Source: Tubiluchus corallicola (taxonomy: Eukaryota > Animalia > Priapulida). Taken from it: a stretch of 64,000 nucleotides of DNA. The DNA lies in contig JAQGDQ010000056.1 of assembly GCA_030141605.1 (NCBI GenBank), positions 186,001 through 250,000 on the forward strand, read 5' to 3'. Under the pieces are notes generated by a model, which saw only the letters and a program-made list of their open reading frames with translations, was not told the DNA's origin and did not search any database. Positions 58,701-64,000 of the stretch are shown here, piece after piece. Positions within the stretch are counted from its first letter, which is position 1, and each line of letters begins with the position of its first letter. The translations under genes and the position numbers were made by a program.

Positions 58701-61482
58701 CATTTATTAATAGGACAATAGATAAAGGGGGTGGTGATGTTGCATTGTTCGCTAGAGAGGACTTACGATTTATCGTGCGTAATGATCTAAATTGTTCAGA
58801 CAATGATATTGAAGCCATTTTTATTTAAATATCATGCCATCGGGATAAGAACATTATTATCGGCTCAATTTATAATCCTCCAGGTTACAGATGAAATCTC
58901 TGGCAGAATATCCAAAGTCAGTAACCAAGGGAACATTTATACATCACTGGCAATTATAATATCAATTTGATTAATCACCAAACCCACAATGATATCAAAT
59001 ACTTTCTAGATTCAATGTTTACCAATTCTACATTCCCAACAATAACACTTCCTACAAGAATTACTAACTATTCAGCCACAGTTATTTTCACCAACATCAT
59101 TCAGTACCATCACAACATCACAAACCTGGTATACTGCTTAATGATATCACTGACCACTATCCTATTTTTACAATCACTGATTTTTACCTACCATCTCCTG
59201 TGCAAAAGACGTTTCGTAATAAAACTATTTACAATGATTTGATCAAAACAGCCCTCAGAAACAAGTTATCTAGCACTAATTGGGATGATGTTCTGTTAGA
59301 GCGAGATCCTAATTTAGCCACAGAAATTTTCTACGATAAATTTAATAATATTTACAGTTCGCATATAAGAAAGAAATGCACACAAATCAATTCTGACCAT
59401 AACAAGAAACCCTGGATGTCTGTTGGATTATTAAATTCTATTAGAAACAAAAATAAAATGTACAGGACAACACTAAAAATAATGATCCTACATTCCTAAA
59501 TCATTACAAGGAATTAACAAATTAAAGAGTCTTGTTAAAACGTCTGGAGATAACTATTATAAGCATAGATTAGAAATGTATAAAACTATATAAAAATGAC
59601 ATGGACAACTATGAAGGAAATACTAAATAAAGGCAAAATGCAAAATCAAATTAAATTAAAATATCAAGAATAAAATCGAAACAAATAACAAATTAATTGC
59701 TGATACATTCAATGAGTATCTTGCCAATCTTGGACCATCACTTGCTGAGAATATTAACATGTCAAATCATCATTTTAGAAAACACTTAAAAGGTAAATAC
59801 CCCAAGTCGTTCTTTTTTAATCCAGTTACTCCTAAAGATGTTCTTAATATATGCAATTCGCTAAACATCAATAAGTCCCAGGATTGACAACTACGTACCT
59901 AGGATAATCGCAGATATATTTCCTCAAATATCAATACCTATAACTCATATTTGATATAAATCTCTTAGTAGTGGCATTGTTCCCACCAAGATGAAACAAA
60001 TTCTTGTAGTACTCACTCCATAAGACTGGTGACAGCACGAACCTAAATAACTACCGACCAATATCCCTGCTACCTTTTTTCCAAGCTACTCGAAAGATGT
60101 GTGCAATATCAATTATACAAATATTCAATCAAAAATAACATACTTAACAACAGCCAATTTGGATTCAGATCAGGCCTATCTACTGAGCTGGCTTCAATTA
60201 AAGTCTGTGAACAAATTGCTAATTCTATCTCTGTTGGCATTTTCTATGACTTGTCTAAAGCCTTCAACACCATTGACCATGACATACTAATTGAAAAACT
60301 TTCTCACTATGGTATACGAGTAATTCAGAATGAATGGTTTAATAACTAGCCAGAAATACAAAGACAACAATCTAAACATACTACCTAATATTTGTGGTCT
60401 CAAACAGTATGTTTTATGCATGCTGAATTGTATATGAACAATGTAATGAAGTTTGTTAGTAAAAACACGTAAAATTAAAAATCATTTCATAAACCAGTAT
60501 TTTGCCAACAATTGCATAAGTTTGAAACTTGTATGCATAAGTACTTGCTGTTAGCAGACATTTCTTAAAACAAATACAGTTTTGAAAGCAGTGCTTGTTT
60601 ATTTTTTAAAGAAGATATTGTGAGCATTATTTGTATGTGAGCAATATTTAATATCTGTCTTTTAATTAATTTCAATTTTTGCAATCATAAGGTTTACTAA
60701 AGGTATTATATCAGCAGAAGAATGATAGTGCAGCTTTGTGTGATAGTAGCATTTACAGTTCACAGAGGTATTTTAACTGCTTCTGTTTATAGTTTGATAC
60801 TGTCAAAGTGTTATGTCCTGCAGATGTCCCCTGTAAGTTTTTCTGTTTGCACGATAGATCATTATTGTCTCAACTACAGAGGTTGCAAACAATGGTAGGA
60901 TGTATATCATTCTCTGCAAAGCAAGTTTCGACTCAGACACCTGCAACTAGCTTTTTCGTAAGTTTTCTAGCTTTATTGTGTTTGCCATAAGGCTATCAAA
61001 TATTTTAAACTTAGTCTCAGTACGTACTTTCTTTTTGAATTTCACCAGGAATTCATTTTTTGACCTGGCCTCGCACTAGATGACTGTAAAGATTTTTCTA
61101 TTTAAAATGTAATAAGTTTGCAATAATTTAATTTAATGTGGTTCAGTATTTTACCTTTGTATGCTAAATACATCTGATGAACTGCAGGTATTCTTGAGAG
61201 ATCTACTATGAAAATTTGTGTCATGCCAGAAAAAGATTTTTGGCATAAAAGCCCTGAAATTTTAATTTTGTGGTTTTAATTGTCTTGATTTACATTTTTA
61301 GGTTGTAGTTTTCTGTTTTGCTGTATTTTTTGGAAGTTTGTCACCAGCTGGTATTGGCCTTGATTATCATAACTTTACGTCAGTGCAGACATGGTGGCAG
61401 CTGCAACCAGCATCAGAACTGAAACCCTCATCATCATTAAGTGATGTAGATAATATGGGAGATGCATATGCTACATCAAATA
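52770..61482 (+). CDS. CREB3L: CREB3-like (CREB3L1/L2, CrebA/OASIS family) membrane-tethered bZIP transcription factor, 3' end incomplete
   Basis: Exons 52770-52883, 53171-53372, 53669-53758, 54666-54818, 56006-56166, 56570-56716, 57712-57839, 60858-60957, 61302-61482; phase-consistent, ~425 codons. Motifs: [22 protein letters not shown] region ([40 protein letters not shown]), b[23 protein letters not shown] segment [16 protein letters not shown]. The final luminal exon was not found in the window. Confidence 0.93.
53171..53372 (+). CDS. CREB3L: CREB3L exon 2 (transactivation region)
   Basis: [35 protein letters not shown]; ttttacag acceptor, GTATTT donor. Confidence 0.88.
54870..55048. repeat. 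Tandem duplication, ~102-bp period x2
   Basis: AGAACTGCTCAGCCATGCTACATTCACCTTGT(A)GGCTATTTTATTAAATATTTTACGTACTTTTCAT occurs twice. Confidence 0.9.
56006..56166 (+). CDS. CREB3L: CREB3L exon with PPTPPSS motif
   Basis: [22 protein letters not shown]...; NAGNAG acceptor (ttcagCAG), GTATGG donor. Confidence 0.9.
56570..56716 (+). CDS. CREB3L: CREB3L ATB/basic-region exon
   Basis: [49 protein letters not shown]. Confidence 0.96.
57712..57839 (+). CDS. CREB3L: CREB3L bZIP exon
   Basis: [42 protein letters not shown]; ttgcag acceptor, GTAAGT donor; not in the ORF track. Confidence 0.95.
58330..60395 (+). mobile_element. Decayed CR1/L2-group LINE ORF2 fragment (APE + N-terminal RT) in a CREB3L intron
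   Basis: Frameshifted pieces [82 protein letters not shown]; ends before the FADD motif. Confidence 0.9.
60858..60957 (+). CDS. CREB3L: CREB3L zipper end / juxtamembrane exon
   Basis: [33 protein letters not shown]; GTAAGT donor. Confidence 0.88.
61302..61482 (+). CDS. CREB3L: CREB3L transmembrane/luminal exon
   Basis: [29 protein letters not shown]...AYATSN; tttttag acceptor, GTAGGT donor; NFT sequon. Confidence 0.85.
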
Positions 61483-62589
61483 GTAGGTGTTTTCTGTATT
61501 GCATTATTGCCTCTATGTCTGTCAATTCACTGTATTTAAATGCTGCTGACAGTCCTATATAAAATCACCAAGCACCATCATTTTATACAATATCTGGACA
61601 GAAGTATACACCTTGTGAAATAGAATTCAGTTTCTTTTTAGTGCTATTTAAATGTTTCATTTTTCAGTTTTTATTTGGGACATATTTTTTTGCAGAAGTT
61701 AGAAGAAGTTTTGCTAAATTCGGGTTTTATCTGCAAGCGTACTCTAGTAAATACTATACAACAAAAATCAACATAAAAAATGTCTCAATTTTCAAGCAGA
61801 AAAATTTGCTCAAAAAGGTGAAAATATTAGGTAAACAAGAATTTATAAATTGTTTTTACATTATTTACTTGTGTTGGCAACAAGATGCTTAAGTGTTTGG
61901 CAATATTTGAAGGACACAAGGCTAGACACCAACACTTTGATTTTACCCAACAAATATGGTGAGAAATGTACAGGCCTGTTAGGAATACCATTTTTAACCT
62001 CTATGCGTAGCATCACAATATAAAAAATCATTCTTAACCTCCTAAGTTTTAGTTTGCAAGGATTTGTTTTTCTTGAACCGTTTTGTCGAATTCGATGGCG
62101 GCGAGAGGTTTCTGATTTGTGGGCTGTGTTCAGCTCTCAGCTGCTGCTTCAGTATTCTGGCTACTATGAGGCATCTGCTTGCTTTAACGTTGCTAAGTAT
62201 TACATAGCATTGCGATATGCATTGAAAATGTGTATGAAGATTTGCCCGTCGGACTAATAAATACAAAGTTATGCAAAGTTGCTCTCGGTGTTGGGAAATA
62301 CTCTGCTAATTACACGGTTCATGGAGGACTCACGCGCTTTCCATTTTCTTTGATATAATTGTAAACACAATCAAATACTGGTTCAGAATAGCGACTTATC
62401 TGCCAAACTCACCAGTATAGTAAACAAAACATATTTGCAAAATGTCGAGCTTTTGGAACATAATACTGACTGTTTGTTAAAATGTGTCAGAGATATTTTG
62501 AACCATACAGGATTTTCACATGCTTGGTAGGGAGGCTCAGTAAAAATGGGAGGCACATTAGGTCGAAACAATTTGTCAGTTTACTAAAA

Positions 62590-63289
62590 TGAAAACTTAA
62601 AACTGATTACGCAAATTACTGAAAGGAAAATGTTAAATATCACCAAAGAAACTGGTAAAAATATTAACGCAATAACAAGTTACGAACTTATTGCAAATTT
62701 AAAAATGAATCAGTAGAAGAAAGATACTTGTTGCTAATAAAAGTCACATTAAAAGAGCAAACTTTTCAAAGTTGCATATCAGCTCACAACCTTCTTGTTG
62801 AGAAAGGCCGACACACCAAACCTAAAATCCCCTTTAACAACAGACTATGCCATTTTTGTAATGACCAAAAAATGGAACACAAAAAGCATATTATTGATTG
62901 TAACCATTGTGATGATTTAAGACGTTGCTTGTTCTGTCATATCAGTGAAATTTTCCCAAAACTTTATGAACCTTACAGTACAGGAAAAATTTTCATTTCT
63001 GATGAATGGAATTGATTGTGAACTTGCAAATTTGGTTTCAAACTATAACACAGATTGTTCCAAAAAAAGGAAAATAAAAGCTTAATCACGGAAAATCAAA
63101 TTCAACCAGTAGTGCATTATATTGTATTTATACTATTTTTGTAAACTTGTAAATATCGCGAACTGTTTAATTTTTACTGTTTTTGCTGTTTCAGTGTGAT
63201 GATTGTACCCAACCGTTGGAATGCTTTTGTGTTATGTGTGGTTCTTTATGTGCACTGTATTGTGTCGTTCGTCAATAAACTTTAAACTT
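62590..63289 (+). mobile_element. 3' fragment of a non-LTR retrotransposon (C-terminal Cys/His region + 3' UTR)
   Basis: ISAHNLLVEKGRH..RLCHFCND..EHKKH resembles the LINE ORF2 C-terminal SxHxLxIExGR..RxCxxC..EDExH motif; followed by a T/G-rich UTR ending AATAAACTTTAAACTT. Confidence 0.7.
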
Positions 63290-64000
63290 ACTATTATAAA
63301 AGCTACAGTAATTGCGGATTGGAAGATGTGAGCATTGTAAGTTTGCTTGGTAACAGTGAGACTATACAAACTCAGATGAATATCAGTCTGGCTCAATGCT
63401 GGTAGCAACAGCAGTTAATAATTGACTGTGCCAGGCTGCAGTTGTGTAGCAGGTTAATTAGATGTATTGCAAAGATAAGAATGTGGTCATTCAAACCGTT
63501 GACTTTATGTTTTAACGAGTTAGTATTAGATGCACTGCAAAGACTAGGATGTGCTCATTCAAACCATTGAATTTATGCACTTCTACTAGCATAAACGCTA
63601 ACTGGGTATCAGTTTTCATTCAGGAAATTAAGTAATTAGGGCAATTTTCAAGGTTAACTTTGTGTTCAAGGGAAAGCAGAGAGTTTTGGCATACATTTCA
63701 GAACCCTGTCAGCTGCAACAAAGTTCATTGATTAACTTAAGTAAGTGCAGACTTTTAACTTTTGTTATTCCGCCAACTGTTATCCTCATGTTTTGTGCAC
63801 GGATGTAGAAGGTCAATGCTGTTTGCTTGAAAACCACTTAAAATCGTAACCGAAATTTAGTTTCAGGCTGTGAAGTTGGTAGACCAAGCTCTCGACTCTA
63901 CCTCCTAAATTTTGGAAAATCCAACTCTAACTCCTGCCTGCTCCTGACTAATTTGATGTACTCACTGTCACTACTATCATTTTCATTTTCAACCATACAT

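Overview
AT-rich, intron-rich animal (probably invertebrate) genomic DNA, not prokaryotic. It holds three recognisable protein genes. (1) A YLPM1/ZAP3-like gene on the minus strand; I assembled 22 phase-consistent GT-AG coding exons from 32718 down to 1162, about 1501 aa, with a P-loop and the C-terminal KKRVRW PP1-docking motif. (2) Raptor (RPTOR, mTORC1 scaffold) on the plus strand as one uninterrupted 3.87-kb coding exon (45587-49456), unusual for a gene that is multi-exonic in vertebrates. (3) A CREB3L/CrebA-type membrane-tethered bZIP gene on the plus strand, with 9 coding exons from 52770 to 61482 and apparently continuing past the window; its putative promoter carries a perfect ERSE-II element. 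Introns and intergenic DNA contain many mobile elements: an apparently full-length CR1/L2-group LINE with intact PHD-APE-RT ORF2, decayed LINEs, a truncated pogo transposon, nested TA-inserting MITEs, a Helentron-like element inside a foldback-like element, and a possible gag relic. I do not see an unambiguous wholly new system. The best leads are the intronless raptor, the ERSE-II/uORF regulation of the CREB3L gene, and unexplained minus-strand exon-like pieces flanking the LINE. All family assignments rest on recalled motif similarity; no database searches were run.
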